Part shown: positions 1-12,599 of the stretch, piece by piece
How the letters are laid out: each line of letters starts with the position of its first letter
Position numbering within the stretch: position 1 is the first letter of the stretch
Assembly: GCA_010356995.1 (NCBI GenBank)
Contig: ML996687.1
Span: 1,613,803 to 1,677,802 of the forward strand
Direction: 5' to 3'
Length of the DNA: 64,000 nucleotides
Source of the DNA: Trichodelitschia bisporula
Lineage: Eukaryota
Position numbers and translations under genes: made by a program
The notes under the pieces: generated by a model
What the model saw: the letters and a program-made list of their open reading frames with translations, nothing else
Told to the model about the DNA's origin: nothing
Databases searched by the model: none

Positions 1-1
1 G

Positions 2-193
2 GTTGTGCCTTGTCTGTGTGTCAACACCTGGCAACACGCTTGGATGTTCGACTGGACTCTCGCGGGGAAGATGGAATTCCTGGAAGCTTGGTGGGAAAGA
101 GTCGAGTGGAATCGCGTGGCACAGGCAGTCAACCTCAGAACGGAGACTAGGAGTGGCGATCTGGCTTACATGGGCACGAATGGAAGCACTTAG
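2..193 (+). CDS. 3' end (5'-partial) of a Fe/Mn-SOD-like C-terminal domain protein, probably mitochondrial small-subunit ribosomal protein MRP1/RSM26-type
   Basis: Frame reads VVPCLCVNTWQHAWMFDWTLAGKMEFLEAWWERVEWNRV. This fits the Sod_Fe_C pattern but with N-x-W-Q-H in place of D-x-W-E-H, as in non-catalytic SOD-like mitoribosomal proteins. Stop TAG at 191-193. Confidence 0.7.
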   Translation, partial: VVPCLCVNTWQHAWMFDWTLAGKMEFLEAWWERVEWNRVAQAVNLRTETRSGDLAYMGTNGST

Positions 194-573
194 ACGATAT
201 GAGTGTAAGCCTACTGTACTATATGTTTGCGAAGCCGCCTGTGCGATGCTTTTGCCTGTGAATTTGCTTTTGGGCTGCGTGATGATTGATGATGACCTAG
301 ACGCGTTACCCGCCCGCCAAAAGCCAGTTGTGCGGCTGGCGTCTGGCAACCGGACTAGGATGGGCCGGGGGTTCCGGGGGTGCTTGGACACCTCCGCCTG
401 CGCCCACTTGCTCTCCGTCACTCCTTGCACGCGATTCTCCGCAACGGCAACAACAAAGTCGCAACCCCAAGCCGCAACCCCTTTATCTCCTCAGCGATAA
501 AGCAACTGCCTCAAAGCCTTTCTGGACTCCCCTTTTCCGTGACTGAGTGCGCACCATCTCAACAGCCAAATCC

Positions 574-1185
574 ATGTCCGACCAGCAGCAGTCGTTCAGC
601 TTGCCACAGCTTGCCGTCTTGCTCGTCATCGGCTTTCTTGTGCTACGGTGGATCCTCTGGCCTTCGGACCGGAATGCTCAGCGCCCGCCAGGGTGGAGCA
701 ATACCCGCACAAGAGGGGTCAACCCCGCACATGTTGAGCAGATCGCGCAGATGTTTCCGCAGCTGAGCCGGCGAGATATCATATGGGATCTGCAGCGCAA
801 CGGTGGCAACGTTGGAGAGACGACTGAGCGAGTGTTGAGCGGACGAGGGTTGGAAGTGGTGAGTGCTCGTGAACTGGGCCTTTTGGTTTAAAGGACCACC
901 CTGACTTCTAGACAGCCGCCGCCCACGTTTCAACCGCCGCTAGCAGCACCCAGCCCACAAGCTGCGTCAGCGAACCCATCGGACCCTAAGCTACCGGCAC
1001 AACCAGATCTCATTACTCGGTACAACCTCGCATCCAAACTTGCGACGGCGCCAGAAGATGCGCAGTCAGACTTGGGGCAGAAGTCAGGGTGGTCTCACAA
1101 CAAGGAGGAAAGGCAGCGGCTGTTGCAGAAACGGAGAGAGGAAATGATACTGGCGGCGAGGAGGAGATTGGAGGCGAAGGGTTGA
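574..1185 (+). CDS. CUE-domain ER membrane protein (Cue1/Cue4-like), 2 exons
   Basis: N-terminal TM (LAVLLVIGFLVLRWIL) and CUE motif VEQIAQMFPQLSRRDIIWDLQRNGGNVGETTERVL. Intron 859-915 (GTGAGT..CTGAC..CAG). Exon 2 contains DLITRYNL and WSHNKEERQRLLQKRREEMILAARRRL; TGA at 1183-1185. Confidence 0.88.
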
Positions 1186-1290
1186 TATATGGTACAAGAG
1201 TCTTTTCTGGTGGAGTTCTATTGGATACAGGTACATGGCTTGTCACTAAGACGCATACATGGGAGGTTATATGGCAATTATCGGACTTCC

Positions 1291-2262
1291 TCATTCGCGC
1301 TTTGTGCGCCCCGCTTCCAGGCTGCCATTCACGCGACTGTAGAGCCATTGCAAAGCCCATGTGCTGAGAGCCATGCTCAGAGCGCTCGTGGCAAACAGGA
1401 CAATGCGTGACGGTGGGTCGAGCAGCTCAAAGATGGGGTAGGGGTAGAAACCATTGTAGCTGAAGCACAACTCAATCCAGAACCAGTAGCCGAAGGCAAT
1501 GGTGCTGCTGAGGGCAATGACGGGAAGGGCGGCGACTGTCGAAGGTGGCGAGAAGAAGAGCATATCGGCAGTCAGGGCGACAGCGGGCGCGACATGGAAG
1601 CACCAGTCGACGATTATATCAAGAGGCGGCGCCCATTCCGGCACCACAAGTTTGGGGTCAATCTGGCCATGTCAATTGCGTGCGGAAAGCAGCGGGGGGA
1701 AGGGGGTTGGACGAACGGCTCGGAGGCCCCAGTACAGCAAGCTGATCAGAACCTCGAGCGGGGCGCTCGCGACAGACAGAATATTCTTCCACGCAAACAG
1801 GCGTGGCGAGAGTGTGACGTCGGCGAGTAGCCCGCACGTAAACGAGGCCGTTGAAATTCTACTGGGGGTCAGGGGAGTCGATCAAGCACTCGTGTTAGGC
1901 AACCCACGAAAGCCCAATGATGGTCAAATATTGCATGTGCCAGCCATAGGAGTCATTGCTGCCGAAGTTAGCTTTGTGTCGGCAAGGAAGTTTTCAGTTT
2001 CGTACATTGGGTTGGGGGTTACGAGAAGGCTCGCGCTACGGTTAGCAAGGTTCGAGGGGGAGTTCTGGGCCTCACTGTCTATAGCCATAGGCGAAAACAG
2101 CTTCTGTCAGTTAGTGGCAGAGCATGAGCAAAAGATGGGGGTCTTGTCACCTAAGCCAGATGCATGAAGCAAGGCCGAAAGGCCTCGTGACGGAGACTCC
2201 AGACACTGGAGCGCGTGCCTTTGGGCCAGCGATGGCGAAGAAGCTAAGCTTGAGGGCGGCAT
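1291..2262 (-). CDS. FAR-17a/AIG1-like membrane protein, about 6 exons
   Basis: Spliced translation MPPSSL..RHALQCLESPSRGLSALLHASGL / AVFAYGYRH / LLVTPNPI / NDSYGWHMQYLTIIGLS / ..APLEVLISLLYWGLRA / IDPKLVVPEW..CFHVAP..YWFWIELCFSYNGFYPYPIF. The YLT threonine and H motifs of the AIG1/ADTRP family are present. Confidence 0.85.
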
Positions 2263-3675
2263 GATGATGATGATGATGCGGTAGATTAGAGAACTGGGCG
2301 AGATGAGGCGGACTTTGGGGGGGTTGCACGTCGACCGAGAGGGCCTTAAACAATAGCTCAAGTACACTAAACACAAGGAAACGAGGTTGAGTCAGCACTA
2401 ATATGGGTAAGGTTAGCTGTGTGCCATTGCGTTTCTCCAACTCGAAGTGTACAGAGGAGGCTGTTCGAGCTGAGAAACCAAACGGCCACTACATGACGTC
2501 CAATGGTGTACAGCTACAGTGTAACAGACGGAGATTAACACGTGGGATGTAGAATCTTGGAAGGACAAGGCCGTTTCCGCTAGGCGTTGGCGCCGGAGAG
2601 AGGCGGGACCAGAGGGTAGAGAACGGATCGGCCCTTTGAGTGGGGAGGAGGGAGTTTACGTATCTTGGAGATGCTTAACTCAACCGCCCTTCGGGGGGGA
2701 GATTATGTATCTTGACATGCTTGACCTAACCGCCTTCATAGATGATCACGACGATGGTACCGACGTAGGGCTGAAGAAGGAGAGCCGTTGCCGATCTTCT
2801 AGCCTACAGTACGTACCGTAGTACGTGGGTACTTAGAACTACAGTATGCTCGAGAGTGAGTCACGTCATTCATCAACAACCCGGATTGAGCGCGATGCCG
2901 TATATGTATAAATGACTTTTGGATGTCTTTGTTCTCGCTTCGGGCACGCTGTACGGATGTAGCGGAATGGCCGAATAGGTGAGTGCAGTATGGCTCATCT
3001 AGTAGGCCATTATCCTATCGGGTTGATGTACTTTCGTTGCTGTATACAGTAGTACGGAGAGAAACGGACTGAACAACTCGACTGACTCACTTGTTCCCAC
3101 TCATGCACCATTTCTTCGAATGCATCATATTGCACCATGGCGCTGATGCCTTCTTGCACCCGTTAAAGCCATTTGACCACACCACTCGCTCCCTACCCCC
3201 ACCCCTTCACCACTTCTGCCCAGAGATGGGCCAAAGACTGGAAGAACAACCAAAAATGGTCAATAATGAGCGAATCGGTCCAGAAACGACGGAAGTTCAC
3301 CAGATGGACGCTGCAATTGGTTCGGAGTGATTGGAGGCAGCGAAGCCCGACTTGGCGGGCCGAGGCCCCTTGTGGTTGTTACTTGCTTGTGCCTGTTTTG
3401 ATGCTTCGCTTGCATCAGCCGAGTATTAATCTCGCCAGGTTCACCCGGTGTAATAACCCGAGGAAATAAGTACTTCTTCCCGCTCGGTTCCCCGTCTTCG
3501 ACTTTTATCCGAATGATAGGATTCCGGGTATGTTAAAGCTCACCTGGCCCTTGGCCTGTGCGGTTCAGTCAAAATAGACAACGGCCTCGAGATGTCAACA
3601 AGACTTAAACCAATCTCTATCGTACTGTCAATTGCTTGCCTAAAGCAAAGAGGAAGAGAGAAAAGCAAACAAACA

Positions 3676-3711
3676 GAAGAAGAAGAAGAAGAAGAAGAAG
3701 ACGAAGAAGAA
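3676..3711 (+). repeat. (GAA)n microsatellite
   Basis: About 12 GAA units with one GAC variant, upstream of the MFS gene. Confidence 0.9.
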
Positions 3712-4429
3712 GCATCTTCCTACCCCTCCCTAGTGCCGTTCTCCCTACCAGGTCGCTACGGTTAGTACTGATTTCGCGCTGCCAGTGAAGCTCTAGCCTC
3801 TCGCTTCTCCCCCAATATGGCATACTCCTTACCCGCGCCATTTATGGCGCCACAGTGCCTCCCGCTCGCGTGTGTTTCGTCCGGTCAATCCATACTATCC
3901 TCCTTCGAGTTCATCATCAAAACCTTTGGTCACGTCCAGATGGTCTCGCCCGCCCGATGCGATCCCGGACGCCACGAAAGATTCCCGACATTACCCTCCC
4001 ACCCATGGACTGGACGCGTACGGTATTGTCGCTCGTAAATCCCCTCAAACTCGCCTGGGATGCCAGGCGGGAAGGGGTGTGGAAATAGCTGGGATTGGGT
4101 CCTTGTCATTATTGGGGTAGCTCGTATCACTCGCATGCAATGCTGCTCGAGATTTGCGCCGACGAAACTCGTCCATGAGACGCGCGCATGCTGCTGCCTT
4201 GTTCAAACTCCTTTGTCTTTTACTCGTAGCTCTCGCTTCGCTTCCCTTCTTCTGCCTTCTCTTCTCTCCCAGAACGGCTATTCGAAACCCTTCCCCCCCA
4301 CCGCAGTCCCTTCCTTTAATCCCTAATCCTTCCTTCGTCGTCGGGAAGGCGCTGGCCATTGTTAACATTCCCGTTTGTCAACATCCGCTTCTGCTACGAA
4401 ACCTTTGACAAGCGCCTTCAACGCCCATC

Positions 4430-6285
4430 ATGACATCCTCCCACGCCAAAGAGGCCCACGTCGAGTCCCCGAGCAAGAGCTCACTTAATGGTTCGGCGTC
4501 ATCGACCGTGGAACCTAGCCTTGCCGAGAAGACGGAAGCAGACGTCGCACCGTCTGCGCAACGCCGCCCCAGTGACGTTGTCGAAGAGAAGGATAATGCC
4601 GTTACCGATATCGAGGCAACCGATGCCGTCGAGGAGCCAGTGTACGAAGAGAATGAAGAAGACTACCCTAAGAGCTGGAAACTCGGCCTCATCTCCGTCG
4701 CCTTGTGCCTCTCCGTCTTTTGCATGGCCCTGGTACGTTAATCCATTCCCTGGCTATAGCACTTCTTCTAATGCGCCCAGGACAACACCATCATCGCAAC
4801 CGCGATTCCGCGCATCACGGATCAGTTCAAGGCCCTAGATTCTGTCGGGTGGTTTGGCAGCGCATACCTGCTCACCACCTGCTCATTCCAGCTCATCTTC
4901 GGCAAACTTTACACCTTCTACTCCATCAAGTGGACATATCTCGCCGCCCTGTTCATCTTCGAAATCGGGTCGCTCATATGCGGCGTCGCGCCCAATGCTA
5001 CGGCTCTGATCGTCGGTCGCGCAGTGGCCGGCCTCGGCTGCGCCGGTATCTTCTCCGGTGCCATTCTCATTGTGGCCCACACCGTGCCATTGCGCCAGCG
5101 CCCAACCTACACTGGCATGATTGGCGCCATGTACGGCATTGCCAGCGTCGCTGGTCCGCTTATGGGTGGTGCCTTTACCGACCGCCTCACCTGGCGCTGG
5201 TGCTTTTACATCAATCTTCCATTTGGCGCCGTCACCGCCCTCTTCATCATCATCTTCTTTCAGTCTCCCAAGCGGAAGAAGGCTACCCCCATTACCTTCC
5301 GCGAGCAGCTCCGCCAGATGGATCTGCTCGGCAATTTCTTCTTCCTGCCTGGCATCATCTCGCTGCTACTTGCACTGCAGTGGGGCGGCTCCAAGTACGA
5401 GTGGAAGAGTGGCCGCATCATTGGGCTCTTCGTTGTCTTTGCAATTCTCATCATTGCGTTCATCGCCGTCCAGATTTGGAAGCAGGAGAAGGCTACCGTG
5501 CCCCCCCGCATCATCAAGAATCGCAACATTTGGGGCTCCGCCGTGTTTGCCGCGTGCACTGGTGGCGCTTTCTTCGTCTTCTGCTTCTACGTAAGTGTTT
5601 GACCCCGCTAGAGTCAGGCATCCACTAACCGCCGTAGCTGCCCATCTGGTTCCAAGCAATCAAGGGTGCGAGCGCTGTGAAGTCTGGTATTATGAATCTG
5701 CCCATGATCTTGGGCCTGGTTGTAATCTCCGTCATCGCGGGTGGTTCGGTGTCGGCCCTCGGCTACTACACTCCCTTCATGTACATTTCCGTTGTACTCA
5801 TGTCCATCGGCGCTGGTCTCCTCACTACCTTGAAAGTCAACGCTGGTCACTCGAAGTGGATCGGATATCAGTTCGTCTTCGGCGCCGGCGTTGGCTTTGG
5901 CATGCAGCAGCCCCTCATCGCCGCACAGACCGTTGTTGCTCTACCCGACGTACCCATCGCCACCGCCATCATGATGTTCTCCCAAACGCTCGGTGGTTCT
6001 CTCATCATCTCTGTGGCGCAAAACGTCTTTTCCAACCAGCTCATCAAGAACCTCGCCAGGGTCGTGCCTGACCTTCCCTCCGACATTGTCCTGAAGACCG
6101 GCGCAACGGAGCTGAAGCACCAGGTCCCTGCCAAGTTTCTAGCGGGCGTGCTATCTGCCTACAACGAAGCACTCAGCCAGACCTTCTACGTTGGCGTTGC
6201 GCTCTCCGTAGTCGGAGTCGTCGGGGTCGTCGCGATCCAGTGGATATCCGTAAAGGGTAAGAAGATCGAGGTGGTTGCTGGATAG
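4430..6285 (+). CDS. MFS drug:H+ antiporter, 14-TMS DHA2 family (AflT/GliA-like), 3 exons
   Basis: Motifs [60 protein letters not shown] and GYYTPFM. Introns about 4733-4780 and 5591-5638. Confidence 0.93.
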
Positions 6286-8152
6286 ACATGTCAAGGGGGC
6301 ATTTCAGGCGTTTACGGACGGTCATCTGGCCCAGGATAGAGAGCCATGCCACTCCTGTACCTTATACTATCATTTTAATGCAAAGAGATCTATAGAGCGG
6401 TCCGCTTGGAACATGATTGGTCTGACCTCAATGATCAAGGGTGGCCCAACCAGTATCCAGTGTAGTATAATCTCCAAGTCCACTAATTGCTGACTAAAGA
6501 CCGCCCACACGGCTTGGTTTGATGGGGCCGGGCGAGAGGGTCAAAGCAATAACTCACCAATGGCAGGGTAAACGACGGAGTGAACCTCCAAAGGTCGCCG
6601 TTTTGGCTGTCAAATATGGAATTCAGATGCCATCAGGGGACAGAAATCTGACATGCTTGTCCGGGAGATAGCATCTCGAAAAGCTTGCGTGGTGCTCGGT
6701 CAATGCCGATTTTGGGTTCTCCTGACCTACCAGCTTTGAGGGTGACGAGGAACCCAATAATCGTCCACGCCGCTCCTCTGCTTCCGTTCTTCATCTTGAC
6801 CTTGCTGTTGGTTGGATGACTGTTTCCCTTGATAGAGGAACAAGGTGCCCCGGTTCCATTCAAAACATAGAACAACGCCTTGCAGTAAAAGAAAGCAACG
6901 TCCCACATAAGTTAGCTTCCTTATTGTAGACTGACAGGTCCACAACGACAATACGACGCAACGAACGATAGATACATGCACAAACTCAGTCTGCTGACAC
7001 ACCAAGACGGCGAGCATACGCTTAACAAGTTCACAAATTTTCTTGAGATATTATGCGCTAACTCCAAAAGTCCTGGCTGCAAGACTTTCATGCACGTCCG
7101 CCACCCCCTCCCCTCAGTCCATGATGAATTCCGAGACTTCATGGTGTCTTTGCAAATCTAAAACTCAAAACTTAAGTCGCGATGCGCCAATGCCACATTG
7201 GTGCATAAAAACAGATTTTGGATCATCACAGTCGTCTCGATTAGGCAAGTCATTTGATACTCCTCCGCTCATCACGATATCATCAACCATACCATGCGAC
7301 AAAGGAGCACTGAGATGAAATCTATTTCATTAGCTCTGCCTTAACCAGGCTGCTACCCAGCCCAATTTGATGATCATTAACCCCCATCAAACGAGTGGAA
7401 AACTATTCTACGTACAGCCGTATGGATGCCATTCGCACCTGCCATACGGTCCCATTTTATGTCTACCCTGACTCCATCAAGTCTTGACCCCAAATGTTAT
7501 GTCGCGATGTACTCATGCAGCATAAATGTATTGCAGCAAAATTTACATCAGTAGAACCGCCTCAACGAGGCGAGTAAACTTGCGATCTCGTTATTGTGAT
7601 ACCACCACCGGAGGAATTTTGTTATTCCGTTGCAAATGTATGTCAGCAGTGATATGGAAATTGATAGGATAGACTCATCAATTTGCGGAGATCGGACCAA
7701 GTGGCCGGACAGTCTCCAGGTGTTTTTAGGCACGTATGGCAAGTTTTGGGGAGGGGTCTTCAATGATTCTCGCATGAGCGCACCGCGATTTAAAGTTTCC
7801 GTGGTTCATTAGGGCTTGACTCCCCAGTCAGCGCTAAGAACCATCAAATACATATGAAACCCTAGTAGATGTAGACCTCCTAAGTCTGGATGCGCTCACG
7901 AAGTGGGGGTATCGCTTACACGGCCACGTACTCGCTATTACAGACCAATAAAAGAGCAAATATTTGTTACAGAAGTTTGTTTTCTACGGAACCAAATTCG
8001 TGCTATTTCGTTGGTCCATCTTAGTTAGTACTTGAGCCACATAAGGGATACTCTTCTTTTTACACGCCAGTTTGCGCTCGTGTTGGCCCTCAGAACCGCA
8101 TTTCGAGGACCGTGAAAGGCTCCTTAACCATAATTCGTAAGCTATGGTGACA

Positions 8153-8356
8153 GTAGTAAATCTATTCATGTCTGGTGCGGTCCCTTAGCGGTTCTTGCAG
8201 ACGGTTAGCTAGCTAGCGTTAAATAAAGAGTGTTTGCGCCGGGCCAAACCCCCACATGGGCGGAAAGCCCTTTCCTATAACCCCCTCGTACCCGGCCGAG
8301 CCTCGGGCGCTAACACACGGTTCTTGCTATATATAGTTGCCTTTGTGTGTTTGGGC
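8153..8356 (-). mobile_element. Heavily 5'-truncated non-LTR retrotransposon/SINE 3' tail
   Basis: Minus strand ends AATAGATTTACTAC. Flanked by a 14-bp direct repeat AAGCTATGGTGA(C/T)A at 8139-8152 and 8357-8370. Confidence 0.7.
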
Positions 8357-9778
8357 AAGCTATGGTGATACTGAACGTGGTCCACATCATACGCTTAGCA
8401 ATAATTACGAATTAGCGTTAGCGAAGGGAGTTTCAATAAACTTATCTGCCCCGTTCCACCTCTGACCGTAGCCGCAGACCTGGTTTAGGAATTCATCAAT
8501 CGCCCCTTTTGGTAGCATCATTGTTGCGGGCCTGCCCATCTACAGTGGGTCAGCAGCTTTGTAGAAGATTTCTATTGGCCTAGTACAATCCGCCCAAAGC
8601 CTTATCAACGCTCTTGCTGACGTTTGATTAGTTCAAATAATGTAATGCTTTATTCTAGTGTCGATTAAAGAAACCTAAGAAAAAGCGCATGGACGAACAG
8701 CGTTTCTTTAAAGTCCGGATCATCTGATTAGATTACACAATGCTAAGAAAAATAAGTACGTAAGCCATTTGTTTCCGGGCTGGTATGCACTCGAGTAAAT
8801 TAGGGCTACGTAAACTTTTTTGGAACCTCCTCCCTGTTGCGCATGACTATTCTGGCTGCGCTGGAGGACGGTAGATAGGGTTGGTTATAAAAACAAACGC
8901 CTAATTAATGCAATTGTCACATGTCTCAGGCTCTACTACTTACCTGAGAAGGCAGCTCAACAATATCAATTTGGCGTTGCTGGTAAAATTTATTTTCCAG
9001 TAACATATATACCGAGCTCGATGGGCGCCACGTATTTTCTCGCATGGCCCTTGTCCTTATGGTGGCGCTGTAGACCCTGAAGGCATGAGAAAGATTGTGT
9101 AACGATTCCTACCGCATCTTAAGTCCCTCTTAGCTGCCTGGTTTTCTTGTCCACCCTGGTCCTCAGCTTTACAGTCCGTCCTTAACGAGCTCAATGAGGT
9201 CGGGCTCCATATTCTGCAGCCTTATCAAAACAAAGGCACTTCATCGCTAGCCTCTTTCTTCAAAACTTAAACAAACCCCCAATGTCAAATACTGGACCTA
9301 TACCTCCTAAAAAAAAGGTAGTATTTGCGGGTGACTCTTTAACCCTCAAGTTCTCAAGTTCTCAATATGCATAGATGGTGCTGCGTACCTCCTATCTTCT
9401 TTAGTTCTAAACCAGGGCCTCTAGTTACGGTAAGTCACAGTCTGATACGGTCCAAAAACTCCAATTTGGCAAACACTGCCATCAAGCCCGGGCATATTAA
9501 GATCACAGCCCGAGAGTACGTAAAAACTATCAAAAGACTTAATCAACCAGTGAGTCGCATGTCATTCTTAGCACTCAAATTCAATAATTAACCCAATCCT
9601 ACGTTTATTTTTCGATGCTGCTCCCAGACTCTTCAAAGACTTCAAGTCGTCGTTTGGTATCTATTATTGAGCACAAGCTTACAAATATCAACTCCCCGGG
9701 GCTATAACTATACAGAGCGGCCAGGAGCCCCTTCAGAAGGAAGCTATTAGTCGCATATCCCAAAGTTTAGGAAACACG

Positions 9779-10260
9779 CCAATACTGACTCACAGCCCTC
9801 GATGCGCGCCCGGAGCTTATGGGACGTACGAAGGCTGCTAAGGAAAGGGTTTTTCCTCCGAAATAGGGTTTGTCCTTTGAGAGGGGTTTTGTCATGCGAG
9901 GATACCATCTCTCCCATGTCTAATCGCCACATGCCCGGTGTGGGTCACGTGACTCGGTAAGCTTGATGCCTGATCCCTGCAATTCCAGCCCAGCTGGACT
10001 TGCAGGGGCGAGGGCTTGGCGCTGGCCTGTGCGCTAGCACCCCCATCTCCCCCACACTCCACATACACACGCCAAACACTTACATACTTCTTCAAGCTTT
10101 CAATGAATGTTATTCCACAACCAATGCTGTGCAGCCAGTGATTTATGCGCCCCTGACAGGCTTGACCTGACACAATCACTTGTATCTAGCTGATGGCTTA
10201 ACCAACTCTCTATATGGGCCTTCAGGAAACGCACCAAAAATTAAATTGAGTATATATATA
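9779..10260 (+). mobile_element. Non-LTR 3' tail remnant interrupted by a solo LTR
   Basis: Resembles the 8153-8356 tail (GCGCCCG..GTACGA..AGGAAAGGG). Ends in (TA)n. Imperfect flanking direct repeat TATCC(C)AAAGTTTARGAARCACG at about 9756-9778 and 10261-10282. Confidence 0.55.
9890..10158. mobile_element. Solo LTR (269 bp)
   Basis: TGTCA...TGACA termini; 5-bp TSD GGTTT (9885-9889) / GGCTT (10159-10163) with one C/T mismatch. Confidence 0.7.
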
Positions 10261-10631
10261 TATCCAAAGTTTAAGAAGCACGTCTGAGAGGTACCCTAAA
10301 TTTCCGCCAGTTAAGGGAGGACAGTGCTGCAAACATTTTGGGAATGAAATTCCTGGTAATGAAGTTGCCCCTGTTACCACTCCCGCCTGATCCATGGTTT
10401 GCGAAGTCGGCCTAAACTTTTCTTATGCACATATGAGGCCAGAGATACCTGTGAAATATTCTATATCCGTTTCTCGTCTTGCGGTATATTGAGTAGCGCC
10501 ATTTCCTTACAGGCTCTTCGTCTTAATTTTTCAAAATTGCCAACTCTACATACTTCAGAATAATTACTTGAAAAGGATTGGGCACTAGCTTTGTCATTGA
10601 GCTCAGGCAGCATGTAGTAGTGACCCTGCCC

Positions 10632-10760
10632 GTAGTAAATTTGATTTACTGCTGGTACCACTCCCCAAGGTCCATGCAGAAGACCCGCTATGTTAGCAAC
10701 TAGACACAGACATTTTTTTGGCCGGCCAAACCCCTCGCAAGGGAGGAAATCCCTTTTTCA
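10632..10760 (-). mobile_element. Degraded non-LTR 3' tail
   Basis: Minus strand carries GGGATTTCC-hairpin-GGGTTTGGCC and ends AAATTTACTAC about 90 nt later. 5' boundary and TSD not found. Confidence 0.45.
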
Positions 10761-12051
10761 ATTGCCTCCTAATTTGCGCTGCTAAGATGATGCCAGATAG
10801 ACGGCCTCTGATTGGCGACGGGCATATCCGTCATAAATGTCCCTTCAGCAGCAAGATTAACCGTTTCATTCCTTGTGCCTCCCTGTTAAGCTCCAGGCGT
10901 CCGAAGTCGTTTAGTGGAACTAGGCGTCGATACGCTGAAATTCCTGCTACCTCATAGGCTAAGGCCCTAAAAATGCTCCAATTTTCTTTCCTTGGCCCTT
11001 AGATACCTCACGTTGTTTTCTTATTGCCATCTCTAGTAGAGCAGAAAATAAGCACCGTCTAGCCCCCTACACATCTCAGCAGCGAATGCTTAGGGAAATA
11101 TCCAAATCTTTAAAGACAGTTACTCTCCCGTAGACTCGCCGAAAGCGTTATCGGAATTGAAAAATAGACCAAGTCCTTCAACGTGCCTACTTCTACTTAG
11201 TTTTACAAAACTTCGCACCATTTTCACATTACAGTTATGGCTTAACCCTAATGCCAACCACGCCCTTAAGACGAATCCAGCAACCTGTTAATCATATTTA
11301 TTTTTTACCTCCATAGTGTGAGTACGCCCCGACTTAAAGGGTTCATCTCGGCATTTTATCCCTTATACTGTGGGCGTCCGAGCTAGCATTCTAGCTAAGG
11401 TCCTTATGATGTGCGGACTCGCCGGGAGCAGGGCTTCATTGCAGAACTGTCCTGCAAAAAGGTTTCCCTAGTTGATCTGTTATATTAAGTAGACGCCAGC
11501 GCAGACGCCTGGAGTAAAGGGGATAGGGGGCCCGGATTCAGAGAGTCATAGGCCATCTTGTTGTGGAACTCTCGGCGAGTTCTGAATTGGTGTGACTTAA
11601 AGGCTTTTAACTGAAAAAGATCTAAATCTTTCGCTAGTATTTCCCATCGTTGCCATCGACTTGACGGGGTAAGTAACTTGACTTTTTATGCGGCTCATTA
11701 CAGCGGCAAGGAAATTTGTTCTTCTACATCATTGCGTAAGGTACTAACCACAAACTGGCCTACCTGTTCCTCATACTGCCGGCATCCTATCCAGTGTCCT
11801 TACAAGTCGCGGGCCAATCAATGAGTATACCGTCTTTATGAATATCAAAGGCTTTAAAAAGATTTCGCTCTACAATCGGACCGGTAATAGCAAGGACCCC
11901 CTCGAGGACGCCCGTAGTACAAGGGATACAATAAATAGACGCCGGATAATAGCACGCTAGCATATCCAAAGTTTAGTCAAAAGTTTATGGCCGAGACATT
12001 CCAAAATACGGAGGCACAGCTTGACCTGAAACTAAAAATAAATCTATTTTA

Positions 12052-12250
12052 GCCCTCATGCGGCCTAGGTACTGGCCAAGGTATACACCCAGGTACTCGT
12101 TGCCCACGTCTTTAACTTTATGAACCAATTAAAGAGCTGGACTTCAGTTTCAGAAACATTGTCTATTTCTGTAACAAATCCTAACTTGTTAACTGGTCTA
12201 TAATCGCCGGTACGTAGGCGATGAGTATCTAGGTGTGTACCTTGGCCACC
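12052..12250. mobile_element. Diverged fold-back MITE copy
   Basis: Arms GGCCAAGGTATACACCCAGGTACTCGTTGCC / GGCGATGAGTATCTAGGTGTGTACCTTGGCC; same architecture as 17573-17789. Confidence 0.65.
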
Positions 12251-12329
12251 TCTACGCAGCTCTTAGAACTGAGGCCCGAGGACCCCTCTATTTTGTCCGT
12301 CTAGTTAAACCGATGGTAATCTACTGGCA

Positions 12330-12462
12330 GAGGTACTTGCCCCGGTACAAATCGCAGTCATTAACCAAATAAAGCGCTAGACTTCAGTCCTGGAAAGAGC
12401 TCCCAGTGTCTGTAATAAATTCTAGCTCTTTAACTGGCCAATGACTGCGATTTATACCTGGG
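12330..12462. mobile_element. Short fold-back element related to the MITE family
   Basis: AAATCGCAGTCATT (about 12349-12362) pairs with AATGACTGCGATTT (about 12440-12453). Inner AAAGCGCTAG/CTAGCTCTTT matches the family core. Confidence 0.55.
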
Positions 12463-12599
12463 TTGTACAAGAGATAGTCCATATTCTTAAAGAGTATTTG
12501 CAGCGGAGCAGTCAGTAACTGATTAGAGGAGGTACGCAAGACCGGATTTTAAGCTTGAGAGGTTATGTCATTATTTGCCGTAAGTATGGGTGGGTAAGT

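Noticed and set aside
6633..7812. Short ORFs at the left of the island as genes or a pseudogene
   Set aside because: No recognisable motifs or consistent splice structure.
10900..11990. Possible decayed TE coding sequence
   Set aside because: Stop-rich, and I could not identify any transposase, RT or integrase motif by eye.
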